Source: an uncultured Chloroflexia bacterium (GTDB taxonomy: Bacteria; Chloroflexota; Limnocylindria; Limnocylindrales; CSP1-4). Taken from it: a DNA stretch of 64,000 nucleotides. Made by a program: the position numbers and the translations under genes. Each line of letters begins with the position of its first letter. The stretch's first letter is position 1. The stretch is from the NCBI GenBank assembly GCA_963707215.1, contig CAVPPB010000003.1:1568001-1632000 (forward strand). Direction: 5' to 3'. This document shows, piece by piece, positions 9,483 to 18,767 of this stretch. The notes beneath the pieces were generated by a model. That model ran no database searches, was not told the origin of the DNA, and saw nothing but the letters and a program-made list of their open reading frames with translations.

Positions 9483-9916
9483 GCCCCGCGCTCGGCAGGG
9501 TGGGCATCCGGGGCCACGCCGGCGGCAGCTTCGTCCTGGGTCGGCTGGATGCCTGCCTCGACGAGGGCCTTCTTGAGGGTGTCGTAACTGAGCATCGCGC
9601 ACTTGAGCCGGGCCGGGCTGATCTCGATCCCCAGCAGGTCGAGGAGATCGTCGGCCCGGAAGGCGGCCACGTCGGCGACCGGCTTGCCCTTGATCTCGTC
9701 GGTCAGAAGGGAGGCGCTGGCCTGGCTGATGGCACAGCCGCGCCCGGTGAAGCCGACCTGGTCGACGACCCCGTCGGTGACGTGGATCTGGAGGGTGATC
9801 CGGTCACCGCAGAGCGGGTTGTTGCCCTCGATGCTCGCCGACGGCTCCTCCAGCACCCCGAAGTTGTGGGGCCGCCGGTAGTGCTCCAGGATGTAGTCGC
9901 GGTAGAGGTCGTCCAC
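9479..9916 (-). CDS. sufU: SufU/IscU-type Fe-S assembly / sulfur acceptor protein
   Basis: LY..ILEHY..P.NFG, NPLCGD, GCAISQAS, RLKCA motifs. Confidence 0.92.
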   Translation of the reverse strand: MDDLYRDYILEHYRRPHNFGVLEEPSASIEGNNPLCGDRITLQIHVTDGVVDQVGFTGRGCAISQASASLLTDEIKGKPVADVAAFRADDLLDLLGIEISPARLKCAMLSYDTLKKALVEAGIQPTQDEAAAGVAPDAHPAERGA

Positions 9917-9954
9917 GGTTCCCTGTGCTGTCGATCCGGCCGCTGTGGCCAGGG

Positions 9955-9981
9955 TAATCCCGACCGAATGCGTCGGGATTA
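9955..9981. promoter_or_regulatory. Rrf2 (IscR/CymR-like) operator upstream of sufU
   Basis: Perfect inverted repeat TAATCCCGAC-N7-GTCGGGATTA directly downstream of a minus-strand TAGCAT -10 box (9984-9989); near-identical copy upstream of the Rrf2 gene. Confidence 0.8.
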
Positions 9982-12900
9982 GGATGCTAGTCCCGGGGGC
10001 GGGGTCGCGTCAACGGCAGAGGACCCGACCGGTGCCGCACGTCTCGGATCCTCCAGCGCGGCCGCAGGTCCGGCCACAGGCGGCCCGGCCATCGCCATGT
10101 CGAGGCGATCGAGCCATGGCCGGGCCTCGACCCGCTCGAAGACAGCGTGCGCCTCCTCGGCGATCGCCCGGACGGCCGGATCACCGGCGCCGACGAGTGT
10201 GACGAGCGTCGTCGACTCCAGCGCCGCTTCGAAGTCCTCGCCTCGCTCGAGCATCCGACGGATAGCATCGCGATAGGCGGCGACGGCCTCCTGCCCGCGC
10301 CCCTCGAGCGCGGCGACCCCGCCGTTCGCGGCGGCCCGATAGAGCTGCAGGTCCGTGCTGCTCCCCGGGAGCTGGTCGAAGCGAGCCGCCACCCGGCGGG
10401 CACGGTCGATATCGCCCGCCCAGAGCGCCGCCCGGCCGGCGACGCGCAGGCAGACGTGGGCGAACGCTGAGAACAGATCGACAGCGCCGAAGGCCTCGTC
10501 GAAGGCCTTGTCGAGATCACCGGCCTCGATCAGCCGGAGGGCTCGAAGGATGAGGAGGACCTGTGCATCACCCGGGTCGGTGGCGTCCTGGAGCAGCGCC
10601 TCGAGCCGGTCCATGGACTCGCCGACCGGGTCGCCTCGATGGATGCGCAGGAGGGTGACGTAGGTCAGGATCCGCTGCTCGTCACTGGGGTCGCTGATCG
10701 CCGAGAGTGCTTCCTCGCCGGCAGCGATCGCGCCATCCCAGTCGTCGCCGGCCGCGAACGACGCGACCATGACGTTCGATACGAGCCAGTTGGCCATCAT
10801 CCGGTGGCCGACCCTGCGAGCGAGGGCGAGAGCGTCGATCCCGACCTGCTGCGACCGCCGCGGGTCATCGCCGCTCACGATCGAGCCGAGATTGGCCAGG
10901 GCGCGGAGCTCGGCCCCGACGAATCCTCCTTCCCGGGCGGCCCGGACCGCCGCCTCCAGCAGCGCGGCGGCTTCCCGCCGACGCCCGAGATATCCCAGGG
11001 CCGAGCCCTTGTTGTTGAACGTCTCGGCCACGACCAGCTCGAGATCGAGCCGCTCCGCGATGGCGAGCGCCCGGTCGGCGACCTCGATGGCTCGAGCCGA
11101 CTCGTCCGCCCGCATCAGCGCCCGCGACAAATTCGAGAGCACCTCCGCGCGGACCACCGGGTCGGCGTCCTCGGTCAGGTCCCCGAGGGTCGCTTCGAGC
11201 ATGACCCTCGCCTCGGCGATCCGCGACGCGTCGAGCAGGATCGCGCCATGCAGCGCCCGGGCCCGGGCGGCATCCATCTGATTGCCGGCGGCTTCGTAGG
11301 TCGCGGCCGCACCCTCGGCGAAGGCCATGGCCTCGGCGTAGCTCGAGCCGGCATCAGCGGAACGGGCGGCCCGGAGCATGAGCTTGGCCCGCTCAAGCCC
11401 TTCCGGGGTCACCTCGAGCGCCTGCTGGAGATGGGCGACGGCCTGCTGGTGGGCGCCCAGCGTGGCCGCTCGCTCGGCGGCTGCCCGGAGGGCGATCCGG
11501 GCCTGGCCTGCGACGGCATCGGCCTCGGGTCCGGGACTCGAGGCCCGGTGCGCGTCGAGATAGTGCGAGGCCAGCGCCCCGGCGAACTCCTCGTCGCCGA
11601 GCGTCTCGTACCAACGGGCCACGGCCAGGTGTCGGTCGCGGCGGTCGCGCCTGGCGAGGGTCCCGTACGCCACCTCGCGGATGAGCGATTGGACGAAGGC
11701 GTACTGGCCGCGCTCGGGCGAGCGCGGATCGGCCTCCAGCGAGAGCAGCTCGCGGCGGACGAGGGTGGCCAGCCGCGGCTCGAGATCGGCGACGTCGTCG
11801 CCGGTCGTGGAGGCCAGGCCCTCGAGCGTGAAGGTCTGCCCGAGCACCGACGCCGCCTGGACGAGCGCTCGGTCGGCTGCCTCCAGCGCATCGAGCCGGG
11901 AGGCGATGAGCGATCGGAGGGTGTCCGGGATCGCCAGGTTCGCCAGGTCGCCGACCGGCCGGTATGCCCCGTCGGTCATGGCCAGGCGTCCGTCGGCGAC
12001 GAGCGAGCGGACCGTCTCGACCGCGTACAGGGGGATCCCGTCGGCACGGTCGAGGATGGCGTCGGCGGCCGAGTCCGGGAGGCCTGGGACGAAGCCGTCG
12101 AGGAGCTCGTGCATCGCCTCATGCGAGAGCGGCTCCAGAGCCAGCGTCGTCAGGTTGCGCGCCGCCGAGCCCCAGCCGGCCCGACGTTCGAGCAGCTCCG
12201 GGCGAGCGAGCGTCACGACCAGGATCGGCGCGTTCCGCGACCAGGTCAGCAAGTGCTCGATGAAGTCGAGGAGTCCGGTGTCGGCCCACTGGAGGTCCTC
12301 GAACAGGAGGATCGTCGTGCCCTGGTCGGCGATCCGCTCGAAGAAGATGCGCCAGGCGGCGAACAGGACGTCGCGACCACCGGCCGGCGCCGGCTCCAGG
12401 CCCAGGAGCGTCAACAGGGCCGGCTCGACCCAGCGGCGGTCCTCGTCGGTCTGGACGTGATCGGCGACCGTCGCCGCGATCCGCTCTCGGGTCGTCGCCT
12501 CGTCGTCGGTCTCGGCCAGGCCCGCCCGGCGGCGGACCATCTCGCCCAGGGCCCAGAAGCTGATCCCCTCGCCGTATGACGGGGAGCGGCCGCGGTGCCA
12601 CCAGAGCGTCTCCGACACCCCGTCGGCGTACTTCTCGAACTCCCAGGCCAGCCGGCTCTTGCCGATGCCGCCGGGGCCGGTGATCGAGACGAGCCGGGCC
12701 TTGCGATCGCGGCCGGTGGCCGTGAGCTGGTCCTTGAGGAGCCGGAGCTCCTCATCACGACCGACGAAGGGCGGCTCCGGGAGGTCCGAGCGGCCGCGGC
12801 CGCCGCGCTCGGCGACGACCCGGAGCGCCCGCCAGGCCGGCACCGGCGCGGCCTTGCCCTTGAGGAGCTGCTCGCCGGCCTCCTCGAAGGCGATGGCCGA

Positions 12901-13575
12901 GCTCGCCGCCCGCTGGGTCGTCTCGCCGACCAGGACCGTGCCCGGCGGTGCGACAGACTGGAGACGGGCGGCCGTGTTGACGAGATCCCCGGCGACGAGG
13001 CCCTGGTTCGTCGCCCCGATCGTCACCGCGGCCTCCCCGGTCAGGACGCCGCAGCGGGCCTGGATCGTGGGGCCGAGGGCGCGGACGGCATCGGCAAGCT
13101 CGAGCGCGGCCCGGACGGCCCGCTCGGCATCATCCTCCTGGGCGACCGGGGCACCCCAGACTGCCATGACCGCGTCGCCGATGAACTTCTCGACCGTCCC
13201 GCCGTAGCGCTCGATGGTCTCGCGGCCGAGGTCGAAGTAGCGGGTCAGGAGCTCGCGGACCTCCTCGGGGTCCTTCTCCTCGGCAAACGGGGTGAACCCG
13301 ACCAGGTCGGCGAAGAGGACGCTGACGAGACGGCGCTCGGCGACGGGCGCGGTCCCGGAGGTCCGCCCGGTGCCCGCTCCGCCGGCCGTTCCCGCGCCGC
13401 CGGCCGTCGCCGGTGCGTCGGCACCCGGGAGCAGCGTGGCGCACTCGCCACAGAACTTCTCGCCGGGCTGGTTGGCGGCCCCGCAGGTCGGGCAGGTGAC
13501 CGCGAGCGGCGCGGCGCACTCGGAGCAGAACTTCCGCCCCGCTCGGTTCGCCATGCCGCAGTTGCCACAGATCAT
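9979..13575 (-). CDS. Double zinc-ribbon + class III adenylate/guanylate cyclase + AAA/STAND ATPase + TPR protein
   Basis: Four CxxC pairs, [51 protein letters not shown], helical C-terminus. Confidence 0.92.
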   Translation of the reverse strand: MICGNCGMANRAGRKFCSECAAPLAVTCPTCGAANQPGEKFCGECATLLPGADAPATAGGAGTAGGAGTGRTSGTAPVAERRLVSVLFADLVGFTPFAEEKDPEEVRELLTRYFDLGRETIERYGGTVEKFIGDAVMAVWGAPVAQEDDAERAVRAALELADAVRALGPTIQARCGVLTGEAAVTIGATNQGLVAGDLVNTAARLQSVAPPGTVLVGETTQRAASSAIAFEEAGEQLLKGKAAPVPAWRALRVVAERGGRGRSDLPEPPFVGRDEELRLLKDQLTATGRDRKARLVSITGPGGIGKSRLAWEFEKYADGVSETLWWHRGRSPSYGEGISFWALGEMVRRRAGLAETDDEATTRERIAATVADHVQTDEDRRWVEPALLTLLGLEPAPAGGRDVLFAAWRIFFERIADQGTTILLFEDLQWADTGLLDFIEHLLTWSRNAPILVVTLARPELLERRAGWGSAARNLTTLALEPLSHEAMHELLDGFVPGLPDSAADAILDRADGIPLYAVETVRSLVADGRLAMTDGAYRPVGDLANLAIPDTLRSLIASRLDALEAADRALVQAASVLGQTFTLEGLASTTGDDVADLEPRLATLVRRELLSLEADPRSPERGQYAFVQSLIREVAYGTLARRDRRDRHLAVARWYETLGDEEFAGALASHYLDAHRASSPGPEADAVAGQARIALRAAAERAATLGAHQQAVAHLQQALEVTPEGLERAKLMLRAARSADAGSSYAEAMAFAEGAAATYEAAGNQMDAARARALHGAILLDASRIAEARVMLEATLGDLTEDADPVVRAEVLSNLSRALMRADESARAIEVADRALAIAERLDLELVVAETFNNKGSALGYLGRRREAAALLEAAVRAAREGGFVGAELRALANLGSIVSGDDPRRSQQVGIDALALARRVGHRMMANWLVSNVMVASFAAGDDWDGAIAAGEEALSAISDPSDEQRILTYVTLLRIHRGDPVGESMDRLEALLQDATDPGDAQVLLILRALRLIEAGDLDKAFDEAFGAVDLFSAFAHVCLRVAGRAALWAGDIDRARRVAARFDQLPGSSTDLQLYRAAANGGVAALEGRGQEAVAAYRDAIRRMLERGEDFEAALESTTLVTLVGAGDPAVRAIAEEAHAVFERVEARPWLDRLDMAMAGPPVAGPAAALEDPRRAAPVGSSAVDATPPPGLAS

Positions 13576-13713
13576 CTGGCCCCTCCCGTGGAGTGCGAAG
13601 GGTAGCGGCTGAGGGCGGGCCGGGCCAGCCCGGGTGATCCGGCCACCCGGCCGCGTGGTCCGGCGAACCGCTCGACGGGCAGAGGGCAGGGCGGCGGGCA
13701 GCTCCTTGGCGGG

Positions 13714-14034
13714 GTTGCCCGTCTACGCATGCCGCCGGGGCGGTCACGGTGGCGTCCCGCGCTGACGTCCAAGGCGCTCAGCGCGACATCTGTCGGGTAC
13801 CAGTCACGCTGGTGCTATCGCGGATCGGTGACGGTCCCCCGGTGAAAGCACCGCGGTGCCAGCGTGGGCGTCCCGCATGGCACCAGCTCCACTGGTGCCG
13901 CACAAGGATCGCCGCCCGGGGACGGCATAGCACCAGCCCCGCTGGTACGGCACAGGAGCCACCGCCTCGAGCGACCGCCACGGACGGGTGACCGTCAAGG
14001 ACGGGTGACCCCCAGTGTTGCGCAGACGGGCAAC
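13714..14034. repeat. ~320-bp intergenic element with nested inverted repeats and three 28-bp motif copies (candidate structured ncRNA or DNA site array)
   Basis: Terminal IR 13714-13729/14019-14034 (15/16), inner IR 13829-13841/13985-13997 (12/13), motif ATRGCACCAGC-N4-CTGGTRC-N3-ACA at 13791-13818(-), 13877-13904(+) and 13927-13954(+). Confidence 0.6.
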
Positions 14035-14085
14035 GGCGATGGACGTGCACCTCGGGCAGCGGCCGCTCGCCGACCATCCCCGACC

Positions 14086-15384
14086 CTATCCCCCGAAGAG
14101 GCGCTGGACCTCCTGCAGCCCGGCGACGAGGGCGTCGACGTCCTCGCGGGTCGAGTAGACGTTGAACGAGGCGCGGACCGTCGCGGAGAGGTCCAGTCGC
14201 TCGTGGAGGGGCATCGTGCAGTGGTGTCCCGCCCGGACGCACACCCCGGAGCGGTCCAGGACCTGGGCCACGTCGTGCGGATGGACGCCGGGGACGTTGA
14301 ACGGGATGACCCCGCTCCGGAGGTCGGGGTCCAGCGGGCCGTACAGCTCGATCCCGGGCACGTCGCGCGCCAGCACGTCGAGCGCATAGGCGACGAGCTC
14401 TCGCTCGTGCTCGCGGACCCTGTCCATGCCGACCGCCATCAGGTACTCCGCGGCCGCCCCCAGCCCGATCGCCGCTGCGATATCCGGCGTCCCGGCCTCG
14501 AACTTCCAGGGCACGTCGTGCCACTCGGACCGCCGGAGGTGGACCTCGCGGATCATCTCACCGCCACCCATGAATGGCGGCATCGTCTCGAGCAGTTCCT
14601 TCCGTGCCCAGAGGGCACCGGAGCCGGTCGGCCCGAGCATCTTGTGGCCGCTGAACACGTAGAAGTCGGCCCCCAGGGCCTGGACGTCGACCGGCAGGTG
14701 GGGAACGGCCTGGGCGCCGTCAACGAGGACGAGCGCCCCGGCGGCGTGGGCCCGATCGACGATCTCGCGAACCGGGTTGATCGTCCCCAGCGTGTTGCTG
14801 ACCTGGACGAAGGCCACGAGCTTGGGCTTGAGCCGCAGCAGGACGTCGAGGACGTCGAGCCGCAGGATCCCGTCGTCGGTCATCGGGATGAACTCGAGAT
14901 CGCCGTCCTGCTCCTGGACCAGGAGCTGCCAGGGCACCAGGTTGGCGTGGTGCTCCATCTCGGTCAGGACGATCGCGTCGCCGCGCCCGATGTTCCGACG
15001 ACCCCAGCTATGGGCGACCAGGTTGACCGCCTCGGTCGCGTTGCGGACCCAGACGATCTCGTGGGGATCCGGGGCGTTGACGAACCGGGCGACGGACGCT
15101 CGGGCCGACTCGTAGGCCGCGGTCGCCCGCTCGCCGATCGCGTAGATGCCGCGGTGGACGTTCGCGTTGTACTCGCGATAGTAGGTGTCCATCGCCTCGA
15201 TGACCGCCAGCGGCTTCTGGCTGGTCGCGGCCGAGTCGAGGTACACGAGCGGCTTCCCGTGGGCCGTCGTCCCGAGGATCGGGAAATCGGCCCGCAGGGC
15301 ATGGGGATCGAGTCGGGCTCCGGGCCCGGCGGGCTGCGCCGGTGTCGGGGTCGGGGAGTTCGCGGCTCGGGCCTCGACGGTCAT
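14086..15384 (-). CDS. sufS: Cysteine desulfurase, SufS family
   Basis: YLDSAATSQKP, EHHAN, DGAQ, SGHKM (PLP Lys), RAGHHC active site. Confidence 0.95.
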   Translation of the reverse strand: MTVEARAANSPTPTPAQPAGPGARLDPHALRADFPILGTTAHGKPLVYLDSAATSQKPLAVIEAMDTYYREYNANVHRGIYAIGERATAAYESARASVARFVNAPDPHEIVWVRNATEAVNLVAHSWGRRNIGRGDAIVLTEMEHHANLVPWQLLVQEQDGDLEFIPMTDDGILRLDVLDVLLRLKPKLVAFVQVSNTLGTINPVREIVDRAHAAGALVLVDGAQAVPHLPVDVQALGADFYVFSGHKMLGPTGSGALWARKELLETMPPFMGGGEMIREVHLRRSEWHDVPWKFEAGTPDIAAAIGLGAAAEYLMAVGMDRVREHERELVAYALDVLARDVPGIELYGPLDPDLRSGVIPFNVPGVHPHDVAQVLDRSGVCVRAGHHCTMPLHERLDLSATVRASFNVYSTREDVDALVAGLQEVQRLFGG

Positions 15385-15417
15385 GGGACGGCGTAGCCTA
15401 GCGTGACCGGGCGGCCC

Positions 15418-16290
15418 TCAGCGGGCCACCTCGACCGGCTCCGGTGCGTGAGCGCTCAGCGCCTCGTCCGAGACGTCGGCCGCCAGCCCGTGCTCGTGGA
15501 GGACCGGGCCGTAGCCCTCGTCCTCGAGCCGCAGCGCGAGATCCCGTCCGCCGCTGGTGACGATCCGGCCCTGAGCCAGGACGTGGACCACGTCCGGCTT
15601 GATGTGGTTCAGCAGGCGCTGGTAGTGGGTGATGAGCAGGACGCCCATGTCCGGGTTGAGCATCGCGTTGACGCCCTCGGCGACGATCCGCAGGGCGTCG
15701 ATGTCGAGCCCCGAGTCGGTCTCGTCGAGGATCGCCATCTCGGGCTCGAGGACGGCCATCTGGAGCATCTCCAGGCGCTTCTTCTCGCCGCCCGAGAAGC
15801 CCTCGTTGACATACCGGGCGGCGAAGGCCTCGTCCATCTTGAGGAGGGCGAACTTGTCCCGGACCTTGCGCCGGAACTCGCCCATCGTGATCCCGCCGCG
15901 GGTCGGGTCGGTCGGGTCCACGTCGGGGTCCTTGTCGACGCCCTGGAGCTTGGCGTTGAGCGCCGAGCGCAGGAAGCTGGCGACGGAGAGGCCCGGGATC
16001 GCCGTCGGGTACTGGAAGGCCAGGAAGAGCCCCATCCGGGCCCGCTTGTCGGCCGAGAGGGCCAGGATGTCGACGCCCTTCCAGAGGACCTCGCCGCCCT
16101 GGACCTGGTAGGCCGGGTGGCCCATGAGGGCATACGCCAGCGTCGTCTTGCCCGAGCCGTTGGGGCCCATGATCGCGTGGACCTCGCCCTTGCGGACGGT
16201 CAGGTCGATGCCCTGGAGGATCGCCCGCTCGGGCTGGCCGGCGGGAGCGACCCGGAGGCCGCGGATGACGAGGTGCTGGTCGTTGCTCAC
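15418..16290 (-). CDS. sufC: Fe-S cluster assembly ATPase SufC
   Basis: HAIMGPNGSGK, FLAFQYP, VNEGFSGGEKKR, LDETDSGLDIDAL, ITHYQRLL. Confidence 0.95.
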   Translation of the reverse strand: MSNDQHLVIRGLRVAPAGQPERAILQGIDLTVRKGEVHAIMGPNGSGKTTLAYALMGHPAYQVQGGEVLWKGVDILALSADKRARMGLFLAFQYPTAIPGLSVASFLRSALNAKLQGVDKDPDVDPTDPTRGGITMGEFRRKVRDKFALLKMDEAFAARYVNEGFSGGEKKRLEMLQMAVLEPEMAILDETDSGLDIDALRIVAEGVNAMLNPDMGVLLITHYQRLLNHIKPDVVHVLAQGRIVTSGGRDLALRLEDEGYGPVLHEHGLAADVSDEALSAHAPEPVEVAR

Positions 16291-16319
16291 GGTCGGTCGG
16301 TTCTCCTGGTGGCGGGGCG

Positions 16320-16853
16320 TCAGGCGGTGACCGCCTCACGGGGAGTGGTCGGATGCTGGCCGTTGTCGGACGTCCGGTTGGCGAGGCCCTCAAGGGCGAT
16401 CGCCCGGGACGGGACGAGGTCGGCCAGGGTGATGGAATCGAGCGATTCGGCGATCGCGTCACGGATCCTGATCCATAGCAGGTTGACCGTGCAGCGCGAC
16501 GTCCGGTCGCAGCCGGGCAGGTGGTCCGGCTCCTCGGAGGCGCAGACCATCGGGGCGATGGGGCCCTCCAGGGCCCGGAGGACATCAGCCATCGGGATGT
16601 CGCCCGGTGGTCGCGAAAGCTGGTAGCCGCCGCGCGCGCCCCTCGTGCTTGCGACCAGACCAGCGTCGCGGAGGGCGATGGCCAGCTGCTCGAGGTACGG
16701 GCGTGGCAGGTCCTCGTCGCCGGCGATCTCGGTCAGGGATGCCGGACCGGATCCGTAGCGACGGCCGAGCTGGACCATGAGCCGCACGCCGTACTCGCCC
16801 TTCGTGCTGAAGGCGAGTGCTCCGGTGCCGTGGTACGTCTGGCGCTGGCTCAA
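16320..16853 (-). CDS. Rrf2-family transcriptional regulator (IscR/CymR-like, three C-terminal Cys)
   Basis: STKGEYG, YLEQL, STRGARGGYQL, LEG, C-x10-C-x5-C; start uncertain (TTG 16853 with GGAG SD, or TTG 16883). Confidence 0.9.
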   Translation of the reverse strand: MSQRQTYHGTGALAFSTKGEYGVRLMVQLGRRYGSGPASLTEIAGDEDLPRPYLEQLAIALRDAGLVASTRGARGGYQLSRPPGDIPMADVLRALEGPIAPMVCASEEPDHLPGCDRTSRCTVNLLWIRIRDAIAESLDSITLADLVPSRAIALEGLANRTSDNGQHPTTPREAVTA

Positions 16854-16893
16854 GGACCGGGATCTCCAGGACAGGGTGACCAAGACGCTCGGT

Positions 16894-16920
16894 CAATCCC
16901 GACGGATCTTGTCGGGATTA
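16894..16920. promoter_or_regulatory. Rrf2 autoregulatory operator
   Basis: CAATCCCGAC-N7-GTCGGGATTA adjacent to a minus-strand TAGACT -10 box (16921-16926). Confidence 0.8.
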
Positions 16921-17050
16921 AGTCTAGGGCGGGTCCGGCGGTGCGTCAATCAAGGCACGCCCGAAGGGATGGCCCGGGCAGGGACTTCCGTACCGGGGGC
17001 GGGAGGTGGTCGGAGAGGTACACAGAGGGTCGTTGGGAGGATGTCCCGCC

Positions 17051-18667
17051 ATGTCGACATCGCAGCGCCGTCGTCTTGACCAGCACGACGCGCGCGCCAT
17101 CGAGCGACCCGCGATCCTCGGGCTGCTGATCGCCTACGTCACCGGCTTTGGTGCCTTGGCGGCAGTCGGCGCCTGGGTCGCCCTGAGCACGACCCAGGAT
17201 CGGGCCCAGGTCGCACCGATGGTCGCCGGCGGGCTCGGCGCCCTGGCCGGCATCGTGGGCCTCACGCTCGTCATCGTGGCCTGGCGGATCCACCGACGGT
17301 CGTCTGCCCTCGCGGGCGAGCTCGCCGACATGCGCGCGGCGTACGACCGCGCGCGTCTGGACGCGCTCATCGATGGACTGACCGGGCTGGGCAACCATCG
17401 CGGATTCCAGGAGGAGCTGGATGCCCGGATCGCGGTGGCCCGGGACGAGGGGACGCCGGTCGCCCTGCTGATGCTCGACGTGGATGACCTGAAGAGGACG
17501 AACGAGCGTCGAGGTCACACGGCCGGCGACGAGGTGCTACAGACCGTCTCGCTGATCCTCCGGGCCAGCGCGCGACGGGGCGATCGGGCCTTCCGGATCG
17601 GCGGTGACGAGTTCGCCATGTTGCTGCCGAACACGGATCTCGCGGCCGCCGACCTGCAGGCCCGCCAGATCCTGGCGGCCGCCCTGAGCGGCAACCACGG
17701 CAGTGGCGGGCCGGTCTCGCTGACCATCGGGGTGAGCGCCTTCCCCGAACCGAGCGGCGGGCGCCAGCCGCTGATGATCCATGCCGAGGCAGCGCTGCAC
17801 TCGGGCAAGCGGCACGGCCGGACGATCGTCGAGCGGTTCGACCCGGGACGCCATGGCATCGCCGACGACACGCGTTCCCTGGTCGAGCTGGAAGAGTCGG
17901 TCGCCCGGGTCGCCGAGGGCGACCTGCTCCGGCCCGTCTACCAGCCCATCGTCTCGCTCGCCACCGGCCACGTCATCGGCTTCGAGGGCCTCGTCCGCCT
18001 CTCGGCCGACGCGCCGTTCAGCGACCCGTCGAGCCTCTTCGTTGCCGCCGAGGCGACGCGCCGGACGATCGAGATCGACATCGTCGCCGCGAGCACCGTG
18101 CTCGCCGGCGCGACCGGGCTGCGGCCGACGGACTACCTCGCTGTCAACCTCTCGCCCCGGACCCTCGAGGCTGATGCCTTCAGCCCGCTCGAGATCCTGG
18201 CCCTGGCCCGCCGCCACGGCATCGCCCCGACGCAGCTCGTCGTGGAGCTCACCGAACGCGAAGCCGTGGAGGACCTGGAGCGCCTGCGGGCGGCCGTCGG
18301 GACGCTCCGGCGCCACGGCGTCCAGGTGGCGATCGACGACGTCGGAGCGGGCAACGCCGGGCTCCGGCTCATGAGTTCGATCGACTTCGACATCATGAAG
18401 ATCGACCTGTCGCTCGTGCGGGCCGCAGCCAGCAACGAGCCCTCGGAGGCCGTCCTGCGGGCCCTCGGGCGGATGGCCGAGGAGCGCGGCCGGCGGATCG
18501 TCGCCGAGGGCATCGAGACGACCGACCACCTCGAGGCCGTCCTCGAGCTCCGCTACCACGCGGGCCAGGGCTACCTCCTTGGACGGCCCGGCCCGGCACT
18601 GGTGACCGACCGGGTGCCGCTCTTCGACCTGGTCGCGGACGAGACCGGAGCGGTCCCCGCCGCCTGA
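17051..18667 (+). CDS. Membrane-anchored GGDEF-EAL diguanylate cyclase/phosphodiesterase
   Basis: Two TM helices, DGLTGLGN, GGDEF, YQP, EGLVR, ELTE, DDVGAG, KID, AEGIE, QGY. Confidence 0.92.
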   Translation: MSTSQRRRLDQHDARAIERPAILGLLIAYVTGFGALAAVGAWVALSTTQDRAQVAPMVAGGLGALAGIVGLTLVIVAWRIHRRSSALAGELADMRAAYDRARLDALIDGLTGLGNHRGFQEELDARIAVARDEGTPVALLMLDVDDLKRTNERRGHTAGDEVLQTVSLILRASARRGDRAFRIGGDEFAMLLPNTDLAAADLQARQILAAALSGNHGSGGPVSLTIGVSAFPEPSGGRQPLMIHAEAALHSGKRHGRTIVERFDPGRHGIADDTRSLVELEESVARVAEGDLLRPVYQPIVSLATGHVIGFEGLVRLSADAPFSDPSSLFVAAEATRRTIEIDIVAASTVLAGATGLRPTDYLAVNLSPRTLEADAFSPLEILALARRHGIAPTQLVVELTEREAVEDLERLRAAVGTLRRHGVQVAIDDVGAGNAGLRLMSSIDFDIMKIDLSLVRAAASNEPSEAVLRALGRMAEERGRRIVAEGIETTDHLEAVLELRYHAGQGYLLGRPGPALVTDRVPLFDLVADETGAVPAA

Positions 18668-18720
18668 GGCCCCGGGGGCCGCGACTCCGGCCCCGGGCCG
18701 GGCCCGTACCAGGCATGCGA

Positions 18721-18747
18721 ACGGCCCCGGCGATGCGCCGGGGCCGT
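18721..18747. terminator. Perfect 12-bp hairpin between convergent genes (probable bidirectional terminator)
   Basis: ACGGCCCCGGCG-ATG-CGCCGGGGCCGT; no U-tract. Confidence 0.6.
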
Positions 18748-18767
18748 CGAGCGCGGGTCGCGCGCCG

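Noticed and set aside
13791-13954. Palindromic repeats as a mini CRISPR array
   Set aside because: Only three copies, one inverted, variable centres, a 22-bp gap between the direct copies, and no cas genes
14044-14088. Third GGCCGCTGC look-alike after sufS, reading GRCPRC in the sufS frame past its TAG
   Set aside because: The nearby ATG (14077) is out of frame with GRC, Cys spacing differs, no readthrough signal is evident, and the 9-mer is common at this GC content; worth rechecking only if reads show an indel
13778-14524. ORF-track frames crossing the sufS-cyclase intergenic region
   Set aside because: Arg/Pro/Gly-rich shadow translations without GC3 bias or recognisable motifs
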